From assembly GCA_964234715.1 (NCBI GenBank), contig OZ174282.1: a DNA stretch of 64,000 nt; one strand, 5' to 3'. The notes under the pieces were generated by a model. It did not search any database. It was not told where the DNA came from and saw only the letters and a program-made list of their open reading frames with translations. The translations under genes and the position numbers were made by a program. This document shows positions 1 to 12,500 of the stretch, piece by piece (the first letter of the stretch is position 1; every line of letters starts with the position of its first letter). This DNA is from Podarcis melisellensis (Eukaryota).

Positions 1-1444
1 TTATCCATCCCTGGCCTAAAACAGTGAGAAATGTGGATATTCTTACAGCAGCTGCATGGCCCAAGCTGGAGCTTCTGGCTGGGAGCTGCAATCCAACTCA
101 TGCTCCTTCAGCTCCAAGCACAAAGGAAGAAGCTGTGCTGAATATTCATTTGGTTATAGATCTGGAGGCCAAAACCAGAACAAGGGAGCTGGTCTGTTTC
201 TGTAAATCCCCTCTGCCCCCATTTTTAAAGCCTGCTTGTGGCAATTCTTTCCTCACTTTCTGCTGGGACTCTAATTTCTTGAGCAGGTCAGGGTGAATCG
301 GGGAATCGTACCATGAATGCGATGTGGTTGACCGTATAGCAGATCTGGCTAAGCAGCAGCAACATCGCCAAAGGTAAACGAACCAACCAAGAGGGTTGGT
401 TCAGCTATTTCCCTCTCTGCAGATACTTTTAGCCCCTTTCAAAGTATCCACCCAATATTGACAAAATGGGGCCCCTTTTGATGCTGTTAGAAGAGGCACC
501 CTGCCACACACTCACAGGCTTAGTCATAACCATACCCATACTTGGCCAAAACAGGCTCACATTGGAAAAGGCAGAGGACACTGCCCCAGACCCAGCACTC
601 CGCCTAACACTGCTTGGCAGCAGCCTCCCACAACACAACAAAGATCTTTCCTATTATCTGGAGATGCCAACAGTTGAACCTGGGACCTTCTACATGCCAA
701 GCAGGTGCTCTACCACTCTGCTACAGCCTTTCCAGTGACACCAGAACCTGTGAGCATCAGTTTAACAACCTTTGGCCTTGCCAGATGGTTGTAGGAGAAT
801 TCAAGAGCAGACACCCTTGGTCTTTGCACACACCCTGCACACACACCTCTACGGCCCTCAATTACCAAAGTCCTCCACTACCATCCACAAAAAGACTTCT
901 TTTGCCCCTATATCCACTTAGCTACAGCTATTCCAGAGCAACAGCCATCCACCTTCACCTTTCCATCACTACCAATTCTGCTCCCTCCCACCCACCTTCA
1001 AGGGAGAACCATGGCCACTGCTCTTATCAAAAGGTTCAAGCCTAGTGCTGAAGTGGCACTGAGGGCAGATCAACAGCAGCCCAACCCTCAGCCTCTCAGA
1101 TTACAGAGCTCCTACCCCACTTGGGACGAGAGCGCAATCCTCTTCCTGAATATAACCAACCTGCCCACTCTGCTCCCAGTAGAGCCACGGAGGAAACGGA
1201 GGCCGATAAATCTGTGGCTGTGACTCAACCTCTTGTTGGGGGGGATTGGGCCCTCCTGCCTGGTGACATGCCTGCAGGTTGTCCACTCCCTGCCCCTTGC
1301 ACCCTCTCCTCCAGCTGCACATTTGGGATCCACCTAGGAACACGAGAGGCTTCCGGGATTGTTCACGGGGGTGTTAACTGCTGCTTGTAAAGTCTTTCTT
1401 GAAGTAGCTGATACAAACAGATGGCAAACAGAAAATAACTGGAA

Positions 1445-1475
<31 letters not shown>

Positions 1476-2029
1476 GAGCTGTGAAGGGAGGATTCAGCAC
1501 AGGACTAACAGTGCATTTTTTTTGTCCGGAGGAGGTGGGTGCTCTCTAGGAACGGCAGCCTCCATTTCTTTGCCATGTGCAAGTGTGTCGGGGCGTGTGT
1601 GTGTAGTTTATACTAAGAACACTGTAGTTGCTAGATCCAGTTCAGGTTTTCACTCCTTCCTGACAATCATGGAGCAAGGGAATGGCCTCCCTCCTTGTGG
1701 CGGCAGCAGCAGCAACCGGTCTCTCTGCAGGCCAGGATGAAGGAAGGTGCAGGAGGGGAAAGGAAACCTGGGCAGGGCAGCAGATGGAAAAACAATGTGT
1801 ATAAAAGAGGCTCCAAAACCAGTTCAGTGCCAGGCTGTGCCTGTGCAGGTTTGTTAGCAAAGGCGTATAGATTAGTCTCCTTTATATCTAGACTCTGACA
1901 CGATCTCCATAAAGTGGCTTTGCCTTTTGTGGTTCGTTTACTTCTCTTCCATTTCCCCTGGTTTAGTCCTGACTCTGGTTGCTCTCCAGCCACCGGGTGG
2001 GCACTGAGCAGGCGCTGGGGAAGAGTCCA
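1..2029 (-). other. MTSS2: MTSS2 3' UTR (probably runs off the window edge)
   Basis: Follows the stop codon; I found no AATAAA/ATTAAA on the minus strand within 1-2029. Confidence 0.6.
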
Positions 2030-2793
2030 TCACAAAAACCGGGGCGCCGACCTGTCATTGGTGATGGTCCTGCGAAGGCGCACCCCACGCCGGATGGCCA
2101 CCAGCATGTCTTCCGCCGGAGGGTCGCTGGAGGCCGCCGGGGGAGGAGTGGGTGTCTCTTCCCCGGGACCGAGGGCAGAGACCCCCGTGGGGAAGGGAAA
2201 CTGGCCCTCGCCAAGGGCATGGGCACTGGCTACCAGCTCCCCAATCTTCTCCACCAGGCTGTGCCGGTTGGCTGCCAGCTGCTGCTCCTCCTCCTCTGTG
2301 GAGAGGTGCTTCCCGGCATACACAGAGATCTCCATCACGTTGCTGCCCCAGGCGGTGTTTGGCAGGCTCAGCCTCTTGGGCGAGGCTTTGGCAAAGTCCA
2401 TGGCGCTTGGTGAGGCATCGTCAGTGTAGAACACACATTCCTCGCTGCCCACCCGGGTGGGGCCGGTGTACCCAGGGGAGTCAGGCACTGTTGGCGTCTT
2501 GACAGGGACGATGGGGGGTCTGATGGGAATGGGGCCGGCGTTGGAGAGGGTTCGGCGTACTGTGGGCTTGGTGGAAGGTGTGCGGCGGATGGTGGCCACC
2601 CCTGGCGTGGCGCCGGTGGGCAGGGCAGTGCCGGTGGGCAGGCCAGCAGTAGAAGCAGGTCGCTTGGTCTGGATCATGCGCCGGTAATTCTGGGCGATGT
2701 TGCTGTTGCGAGGGATAGTCGAGGATTTGTCGAATTCGCTCTGGCTCTCCCCTTCCATGTCGCCGTTCACGGAATAGCAGTCGTAATCTGAGC
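2030..2793 (-). CDS. MTSS2: MTSS2 last coding exon (Pro-rich region and C-terminal WH2)
   Basis: ccacag| acceptor at 2794-2795; reads GSDYDCYSVNGD... into ORF 2030..2770, ending TNDRSAPRFL-stop. Confidence 0.97.
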
Positions 2794-5700
2794 CTGTGGA
2801 GGCGACAGATGGGCAGGGTGGGTGTCAGCATTCTCAGCTGGCAGGTGCAGCACAGCCAAGCAGCCACTGCTGGACTCCATGCGCAACACTCTCCACTATA
2901 TGAGATCTTTCATACGTATATATTTTGATTTTGTTAATATATATAACCTGTGTCTATTTTAGTTGTAAGCTGCCTTGAATCCCATGGGTGTGTGGGGGGG
3001 AGGCAAGATATAGATAAATGTAATAACCATGTATGCCACCCTAAAAAAAATTATTGTTAAACTGGGCAACCACATTAAGTAAAACGCCACCCCAGCCCTT
3101 CCCTGGGTGCCAAGAAGCCCATTGGCAGATACCTTGTGAGGGGATGGTGTCCTCAGAGCAGGAAGGAGTGGTGGTTTGTGTGCTGTAGCCACTGGAGTAC
3201 TGCAGGGAGTCACGGCTACTCTTCTGGTGCTCAAGACTCAGGCCTCGGGTCAGCACCATGGCCAGGTCACTTGCAGCTGGGGACACCTCCTCCCCATGCT
3301 GATGGAGAAACAAAATGGGGTGGGGAGTGAGAGGTGTAATGAGCTGGTCTCAAAGCAAATGGCACCCTGAGCTGTAGGAGATGACACCATGTGTGTGCCT
3401 GGGCCAGGCCACCTGCACCCAAAGGTCAGAAAACATTAATGGAAAGCAAGTGGAGATGGGGAGATAGGAGAATGATCAAGTTATCTCATTCCCCAAAACT
3501 ATGTTGGCCGTGAACACAACACCCCTAGTGGGCAAGCAGCTGCTGACATGAGGGTGGTTAGCCTGGATCTCTCCCAGGCTAACATGTATGCCCCAATTCC
3601 ACATGCACCCCATGAGCCCCTCATCATTGCAGCTCTGCTCAAGACAGGATGTGCAAATAATGCCCATTTCTTTTGTGTGTACTGGGGGGGGGGGCTGAAG
3701 TGAGGGGGTTTTGTGGGGCAGAGGCAAGGTGGAAGTAGGAGGAGGAAAGTGGTGCCTAAAGGCAGTGGCCAGCCCTCCCTCCCTCCCATGGCTATTCCCC
3801 AGTGTCTGGTGAGAGTAGGCATCATGTCTGCCAGGGTCACTCAAGCAGGTCCCTCATCCAACATATGAAGTATAAGCAACAGACATGCATCATTCAATTC
3901 CTCCAGGGCTCCACAGCCCCATCAGGGCAAAGGGCTACACAGGAAGCTGCTGGCATGCGATGGCATGCTGGGGGTGGCAATTTTTCACGATTCGTATGAG
4001 CAAAACCCATCAACTGCAAAACACTTCTCCGAGAGAACTTCCTCTGCTGCCCTGAAATTCCCTTCTGCACTCAGCTCAAGGATGCCAGTTGCTATTTGGG
4101 TAAATCTCCTTCTGGAACAAGATATACAGAGGAGGCCTGGGTCTTCTCCTCCAGGAAGTTGCCTCCTAGCTAAGGTCTGGGACAAGTAAGTGCTCCATCA
4201 CCTGGGTACCAAACCTATTCCAAGTTCCTGTCTCCCCGGTCTCCCATTTTGACACTGAAGCTGGCTATACCTTGGCAGCAATGGAGGCCGGGGACATGCG
4301 GGGCCTGGAGCCTTCCTCCAAGCTGATTCCTGGGTATACCAGGCTAGTGGAGCCCAGCTCAGCTTCACGGAGATGCTCTACGCGGTCCTTCCTTCGCTGC
4401 AGTGTGCTTGCCACCGGCTGTTCATAGAGGCTAGCCTTGGACCAATCCTGCAAAATCCAAGAGGAGATGGGTAGGACGGCACAGCTGAGGCCCCAACACC
4501 GGGCACAGCAGTGCAAAGTCAGGTGGGTATGGAATAGGGCAGAAATGGGAGATGAGACTGGATGGAGAGGGATTGGGCAAGGGGGTGGGGAGAGAGGAAT
4601 TGGCAAAAGGGCCACCCCAGGGCAAAGAGCAGGGGTTGTGGCAATCACAAAATGGCTCTGCCACCATTTTGCTCTGTTGGGCTGGTGACGGAGAAATCCC
4701 CTCTTGGCTTAAAAAGGGTTTCAGCAAAGACAGGAAAGGTGGAGGCGCCAGGCCAGGAGGGTGCCTGCTTCCTTTTAAAAATGTGGGCTGCTTCCCCAAG
4801 AGCTTGAAGCAGCTGACAGTCATGATACTCCAACAATATGTGTCCCCCATCCCACTGGAATCCCAATTCTCTCACTCTCCTCAAACACATTTTCTGGAAA
4901 AAGTCAGGTGAATGCATCTTCCCTCTTACAGAAAGTGCTATATAAATACTGAGTGTTCAAAACACAGTGCATTCAGTTCTGCACGATCCATACAGTGGTC
5001 CTGAAAGGCAGACTGCTGTCTAAAAGCACTCAGTGAGCTCATGGCTGATCTGAGAATGGAAGGACTTCTAGGCAGGGGCTGTTCTCAGCCCCCCCCACCA
5101 CCACTTCACTTCACTCCACTCACACCAAACCCTACATGTTGTTTGTTTATGGGAAGCAGTTCCTGCCCCAACTCAGAGAGATGGCAGCACAGGGACATTG
5201 CAGATACTTTTTTTGGGGGGGACAGGTGGGTCAGCTGAGGGGAAATAGTTCATATTCTGCCATCCCAAAGTTGTCCTGATGCAGGCTTCCTATGTTCAGG
5301 AAGAAGGAAGCAGCACTTCCTGTTTCCAGAGCACTTTGATGTGCTCACAATGCCAGTGTGCAAGAGGAAAGAACAACTGCTTCAGACAGCCTGATGGGTT
5401 TGATCTGGGGCCACATGGGAGCCTTTGCTACCTGCACCTATAAATGCTGGGGTGGGAGCCTGGCTGGGTTCAACCATTGAGCATATTAAATGATGCAGAA
5501 AAACCCCCAAACAGAATGGAACTTGTGCAGGGCAGAGGCTCTTGCTCCTGAGTGACCTCTGCAGCATCACCTCCATTGCTTTCCAGAGGGGAATCCCTAG
5601 GCTGCTGCTGGGAGATTAGGCTTGGAGCTACATGTTTCCAGAGCCAACAGAGCCACAGAAGGCTCCTGTTCCAGCTCTGGAGCAGCTGACTCCCCTGGTC

Positions 5701-6442
5701 AAGATCTCGGAAACGGACACACCACAATATACACACCAGGCTAAGGCTTCTTCTGGAGCTTCCTTCAGTCCTGGCCACATGAGCTACATTCAGGGGTTTC
5801 CACTGAAACACAGTAAGAAACCACGGTGAAGAGAACCCAGAGCACACGCATGACTGCTGCACACCCAGCCAACCTGCAGGGGGTGGGAAGGGGGCGGCCC
5901 GTGGCAACCGGCTGGGCAGAGCTGCAGAGGAAGCCAGAATCACACCGGAATCATCAAGCCAGGACCAAAAAAACAACAACCATCAAAAAGCCAAGAGCCA
6001 AAAGCCAGCCAACAAGGTGGGACCGGGAACAGAAATGGTGGAGGAAGAAGAGGAGAGGGAGACGGCAACCAGAGGAGCAGGAGGAGGTGTCCATTTCCCC
6101 AAAGGTTTGTGACATGCTAAAGCCCTGCAGTGCATCAGCCACTGGGTGGGGTGCATATCCCTGGATCCTGGGTGTGTGATTGGTGGGTGGGTGGGAAGGA
6201 TGTTGCCGATTTGCGCGTCACCTTCCGGCCGCCTGACCATGCCCCGGGGGCAGAGCTAGAACTGACCGAGGTCGGGGAGTTGCATTCGCTAACAGACTGG
6301 CAGGTTTCTGAGGCCTCGGACGATGCGGAGCTGGAGGACTTCTGCCATGCCCAAAGTCCAAAGGTCAGCAGGAGCAAAACAGACATATGGGAGAGAAAGG
6401 AGAGAAGAGACCTGGTTAAGCAGCTGGTGGAGGGAAAGCAGC

Positions 6443-6501
<59 letters not shown>

Positions 6502-9500
6502 CAGATGCAAGCGCAGGGCAGCCAGCCTTGACACTTAAGAGCCAGGTGTTAGATCACAGCAGGCAGTGCAAGCACCGGAGGAGCCACACACGCTCACGGG
6601 AAGCCCATGAGGGGCCTCACATGGATTTTGCACAGGCACTTCCAGGCCCTCTGCAATAACTCTTCAGCAGGGGAAGCGATGAGGAAGGAGCCGAGGGAAG
6701 GAAGGCCTCCTCCCTCTGCAAGGGCAACAGGAAAGGACCAGCTGCAGGAAGCAGAGAGGCAGGAGGGGAAAGCCTCCTCTCGCCCAGGGTGTGGAAACAA
6801 GGCACACAGGAGGCCAGAGGGACGTCCCAAACTTCCTGCACCTTCCTCACAGGTGCACTCGGCAGCTGCCCTCTTCCTGCCCGCAGGCCAGACATTCTGC
6901 TTGCAACTCCATGAGACACTTTACAAAAACACAACATTATTCACAAATATCTTAACTTGCTTTTCTTGGAGCCACCCTCAGCTCAGGGCATATTGATAAA
7001 CCCTCGCTCTGCAAGTCTTGGATAAAATCCCTCTGGACCATCTGCTGCAGAAGCCCCAGAGAAAGAGCTGCTGGCTCTTTACACTTAAAAGAAATGGGGA
7101 CGTGAGAACCTTTGAGTGGCTGTAACCCTCCACGGCTGTGGGATTCAGAAATCCATGCTTTATTGCCGCCTTCACAGGCCTGGAGCCCTCCAGATGTTCT
7201 GGGCTCTTAATTCGCACTGGAACGGCCACACTGGGGCAGGCATCTTAATAGGCAGCAGGCTGGCAAAAGCTACTTGAGTGGGTGAAGGGGCTTGTTACAT
7301 TCCCTGCAGCACCAAGCCCCTTCCCCAGTTACAGAGAAGTAAGCCATTATGTGCACCTGGCTATTCAGCTGGAGGCATGAGAGAGATCTTTTTGCCCTTC
7401 AAAGGAGGCTCCGAGCTGCAGGTCCCCCAAATCTGAAGCCTTGACACCTATGTAGGAGTTCTTCATCACCCCTGGAGAGTTGAGGCTGTCAGTTCCTGGG
7501 GCTCTGCAACCACCAGGTGGCCAAGGAGAGAAGCAGGCTTCTTTTCCTCACAGATTTCTGGGCCTACTCCCAGGCAAAAGAGAGACGTGACTGCCAACAA
7601 CTCACCTGGAGCCAGCTAAAATGGGGACTGGCACACCCATCCGCTGCACAGCCCATGTAGTGCTGGGAACTTACCCCACCTAAATAGTCAACCAGCCTGG
7701 TTTATAAAATGAAGGACTGAGGGCAGAGGAATCTGATTAAACTGGAGGGGGTGGGGGATGGTAGCTCATTCAAGGGGTCTGTCCTGTGGCCACCAGTACC
7801 CTTGACCTCCCCTAAGAGACTGTGCATGCACAACCGGATTGGGCCTGCCTGCAGCAGAGTAACAGCAAGAAGAGTGTTGATAGCTGCCATGTTTGCCCAG
7901 GGCTTCCCCTTTTCATTCTGTGGCCTTTGGTGGCTGCCCCGCTGAGCTTACCTGACTGGTGAGGTCCGAGGGCATTGGCGAAGGTGGCTTGGAGAACATG
8001 GCGTCCTGGGAGATGAAGCCAGAGTCATGCGATGAGACGCTGGACAGGCGGGTGTTGGCATTGACGGGCTGTGCCAGGCTGCGGTAGCGACATATGGAAG
8101 TTGGTGAGTATGTTTGAGAACCCGTGAGCCACGGGGGGCCACCCTGAGCACTGCTAGCGCCGCTAAAGGGTGGCAGGATGAGACGGCATGGCGGGCAGGA
8201 TGAGGCGCGCAGGAGAGACAAAGCGCCATCATCAAAGCGCATTGATGGGGTAGGAGTGATTATAGCAGGGGGTGCAAAGGAAGGAAGAGAGTTTTGTTTT
8301 CATTTATTAAACAAAAAACAAAAAACCAGTCCAACCCACACAAACTGTGAGGGATTAAGTGGCATTACAGACAGGAAAGGAGCATATTGGGGAAAGTGAC
8401 ACACTTCTCTCCCAGCTAAGAGACTGCAGTGGTGCTGAGGGCCTGACAATGATCACACACACACAAATACACACACACAATCCCAGGGTGTTTCTGCACT
8501 AGGCCCACTGCTCTGGAAGTGCCATGTTCCCCCACTTCTTAGTCCACATGGCATGTCAGTTTCCTGAGGGAGCCCGAGACACAGTCGCAGCATGAGCAGG
8601 CAACATGTGCCTAAAGCACCTCAGGGCTCCTGTGCCTTTAAACATGTCTCCTTTGCAAGTTCAGGTGACTGCCTCCATTGCTTCATGTTGCTCCAAACTA
8701 GGGGGACTGTTGGTCAACAGAGCTTTGAATTGCTAGTTTCTCTTCCCACAGTGATGGGGAGAGGTTTGCATTAGTTATTTGAACTTGGGATTTTTTAAAC
8801 AAAATACCACAAAAAGAACTATTAAAAAAAGAAAAGAGTCACTCAAGAATTATAGCACCTCACTGGCTACCTCCATGGGATCATACGAGTTGCGACAGGC
8901 CCATTTAGAGAAAGGCAGGTCATGCTATGCTCCCCTTGGCAGTCATGCCCTTGAGCTTGGAGATTCCTCCAGCTGCGCCAAACACACCTACCTGCACATG
9001 CTGGATTTGCGGGACCCAGAGCTGCTGGGAGAGGACGGCGGGGTCTGGTAAGACCAGCTATAATCAGAGCCCTTCAAATCTTTGATCACCTGCAAAATAT
9101 TTGGCATTAATAGGTAGCTCCGTGACACTTCTCAGGGTGCAAAACGTTCTTCCAACTGTGTCTCATTTGTCCTCCCAATTAGAGCAGAGTCCAGGGGGTT
9201 ACTCTACTTTCTCAGAAAAGGAGGAAATGCCACCAGTGGCCACTCAACAATCCCACACAGGCAGGCACACATTCTGACAATGCCCCATTAAGACCACCTT
9301 TAGCTGCCTCGAGACCACTGGTCCATCTAACCCTTCGATTCCACCTTATAAGTCTGCACTTCTTTTCTTTGTTTAATTCTCAAAAGACATATGCTTGCAT
9401 ATAAGGCCCATAAGTCATTACTTGGTTTGGCTAAGCTCCTGTATCCATCACTGTGGGTGTGAAGGAATAATTAGTTTCCGTTATATAAAGGTATTTTGAA

Positions 9501-12500
9501 CCTAGGAAGTATTTTCCAATTCCTTCCTTTCGGATTACCTCCTCCCTGGTTACAGTTAGAGACTCTGCCACTGCTAGAAGTTTGATGCTGGGCTATCTGG
9601 GCACCTGTCACAATTAAATTCTGAAAGCTGGAGCTTGGGCTGGACTAGTTCCATATTTCCCAAACTGCATGATGCAATAAATTAACTGAGAATTTAATCA
9701 AGGGCCTTCTACGATTTGTTCTGATTTAGTGAAGCTGCTACTGTGTTATCATTATTGTCACTTTTAAATTGTTAATGTTTTATCTTTTGTACTGGAAGCC
9801 AGTCTGAGAATTTGACTTGAAGATTTGGTATATAAATCCAAATAACATCCACATAGCTACACATCCTTTTCTAAAACCTCCCCAGCACTCCATCCTTTTG
9901 GCTCTCCCACCTGTTCACTGGCCGATGGCAATTTGTGGGGGTCAGCTGTCAGGACCACCAGGTCGTCAATGATGCCCTGCAGGTGGGTGATCTCTCCCAG
10001 CATGGTGATCTCTCCATTCTGCAAAAGTGACAAGAGAGAATCAAGCATTTGCTGTGTTCTGGAGAAAGACAACTCAATATTCCTGCATTGCAGGGGGCTG
10101 GACTAGATGGACCCTTGTGGTCCCTTCTGATTCTATGATAAGTATCCTTGCATTACAAATGGACCCTTTGCAAGTGCTGGTTCTGTCTGATGAAGGTTAT
10201 GTGGCTTAACTTGGGCAGGGCCCAGCCATATGGTTCCCTAGCCTTGGAGATAGAAGTATGGATTTTTGGATGAAGAGTCAAAGGCAACTTAGCAGTTCAG
10301 CCTGGGCGATACTACCACAAGCACAGCCCACCTCTGGGGCTGATGGGAGTTGTAGTCCAAAATAACTAGAAGGCACCAGGCTGAGAAAGGCTGATCTAAT
10401 ATGTAGTCATCAAGAACCACATACACAACCTTGAGCTCCTGGGAGGAAAAGATGAGATATAAATGCAATAAATAAATAAATAAATCAACAGCATCTCAAG
10501 GGAAGGGCTCGACCAAAGTTTCATTAATTGTTGGCGCACACAGCCTCCTTAACCTTAACTTGGCAAGTCCACCTAAATCCACAATAGGACTGGCTCCCAT
10601 GCACAGGGCTGAAGCCTTGGAAAGGAATGGATAAAGACAGGATGTAGATTAGCAATATGAACGGGGCAAGTCCTTTTAAAGCATTGCTTCAGGTGGGAGC
10701 AGAGGTGTGTGCAGGTGTGAGAGACAGTGTTGGGTGCAATCCAACCCTGTTGACACCCCATAGCTCAGAGTAAGTCTAGGAGGAGCCGGAGTTTGTTTTT
10801 CTCTGCAAGTTGCCTAAATTTGCATCTATATGCATAAATCACCACATACAAAATTGAGGCACATTTTTATCCAATGGGCCCGTGCATCAAATATTTTAAG
10901 TACCTACCAATACCCAGAGTTGTATAATGTCACTATGGGAGGGGTGGGGGTGGCTGCTAGAATTTTGTTTGCAAATTAAAATACACTATAAATAAGGGAC
11001 TTGTTTTCTCAGTTTACTCAACCCATGAAACAAATGTGGGCAGCTGAATATTGGGTAAGGTAGGGGTGGGGGGCACATACCACCACAGGTTGCAAATAAG
11101 CAATGAAGGTGCAGAACCGCCCTCGCTCCTCAATGAGTGCCTTGCGGACAGCCTGTTTCTCCGTTTCTTCCAAAAGAAGGTACATGTCATTGACATCTTG
11201 GAGTGCGTTGTCCAGTTGAGGCTGCAGGTCCCCTTTACCTGAAAGAAGGACAGGGAGACAGAGGCATCACCTCCTCTTCACCCACCAGCCCCCAGGTCCA
11301 GCCTCAAAGCTCTGGCCTACTTCTGGAGGTAGCCCCTGAACAGATGTGGCGTCTCAAATCTGTCTATTTCCTGACTATGGTGAAACTGGGTAACCTAAAC
11401 TGGAGCACTGAGAGGTCATCTAGGTAGGGAAAATGCCAGTCTAGAAACAAGCAAACCTTCCTAGATTTTACTGCTGCAAGTGATGTCTCCTGATATCTTC
11501 AGTGACTGGTGGTCTCTGCTGAATAAACACTACCTGGGCATAGCGCAGACTACAACCTGGTGTCACAGATTTCTGTCAAAAAGCCTGTCGTGTCCTCAAT
11601 AAACGGCAATTCCTCATCTTCCATTGTTCAGGCACGAAATTAAATTCTGTTTAAACCAGTTTGATTATAGCATAATGCACCCGTATCCAGACTTACTGAA
11701 TAGCTCCCAAGAAGCAAAAGCAACCATTTTGTGAGTCCTCTGACTTGTACTAGAGATGTTTAAAATACTGAAGAGTGTTGTGAAGAAACACACCCAAGTT
11801 GGTTTGCCAAACACTATGAGGGGCTATTTTTTTTGGTTCAATTTATAAGCTATTTTTGGAGCCTTTTTGCCTGAAGAGCAGGTTAAATGACTTTTTAAAT
11901 AAGTAAACACTGGTCTTTGACCCTGTTGTCCAGGATTTGTCATTCTGATGAACTATGATGTTGGCTCTGTTGCTCTCAGTCCCTATTGTTATGATAGAGG
12001 GAAGCTCAGTTTCATGCTTGCTTAATTTTTATGGATGTTCACATGTGGTAAAATTGATGATTTCAGACAAGTAGCATCATGACTGCATATATTGCAAAGG
12101 TCTATAAAAGTGTGAGGGCCACTGTTAATATCTGTAGCTGGCCCTTCAGGAGGCACTGGGCTCCTGGCCCACATCAGCCCTGGTGACATTTCTGTCCATG
12201 TCTGCATCCCAAAAGGAGTGATATTGGCCAGATATGTCATATCACTGGTCACTGTTGAAAGCAACAAACTGTATTTATGTCTTTTCTAGGCTGCATGTTG
12301 TGCACTGACTGCCTTATACTTTGTATACCGCTTTGGATTTTTTAAATATTAAGCAGCTTACAAGTAATTTAAACTCAACCTATCAATAATAACTATATTT
12401 GTAAACAGGGCTAAGCCAAAACCTTCATTGTTTTTCAGGAACATCTTCTGCATAACTGAAAATGCCCACCATGCTATTTCAATATTGCTTGCAAAAATAC

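Noticed and set aside
1-1400. Possible IL34 exons (downstream neighbour of MTSS2 in human)
   Set aside because: No IL34-like translation recognised; the region reads as 3' UTR with a SINE remnant.
1914-2687. Plus-strand ORFs over the last MTSS2 exon
   Set aside because: Antisense shadows of a GC-rich coding exon.
5580-5920. Peptides LPSRLPR and SPSSSLGIPLWK resembling MTSS1 exon 12 (LPASRLLPR...PSSQIPSWK)
   Set aside because: Different frames, wrong spacing, an upstream TAA and no GT donor; too short to separate from chance without an alignment.
7510-7523. CTCF-like CCACCAGGTGGC
   Set aside because: Single imperfect motif match with no supporting context.
11233-11240. Exon 8 begins AG|GTAAAG, like a recursive splice site
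   Set aside because: Explained by Gly-Lys codons; the intron is only about 5 kb.
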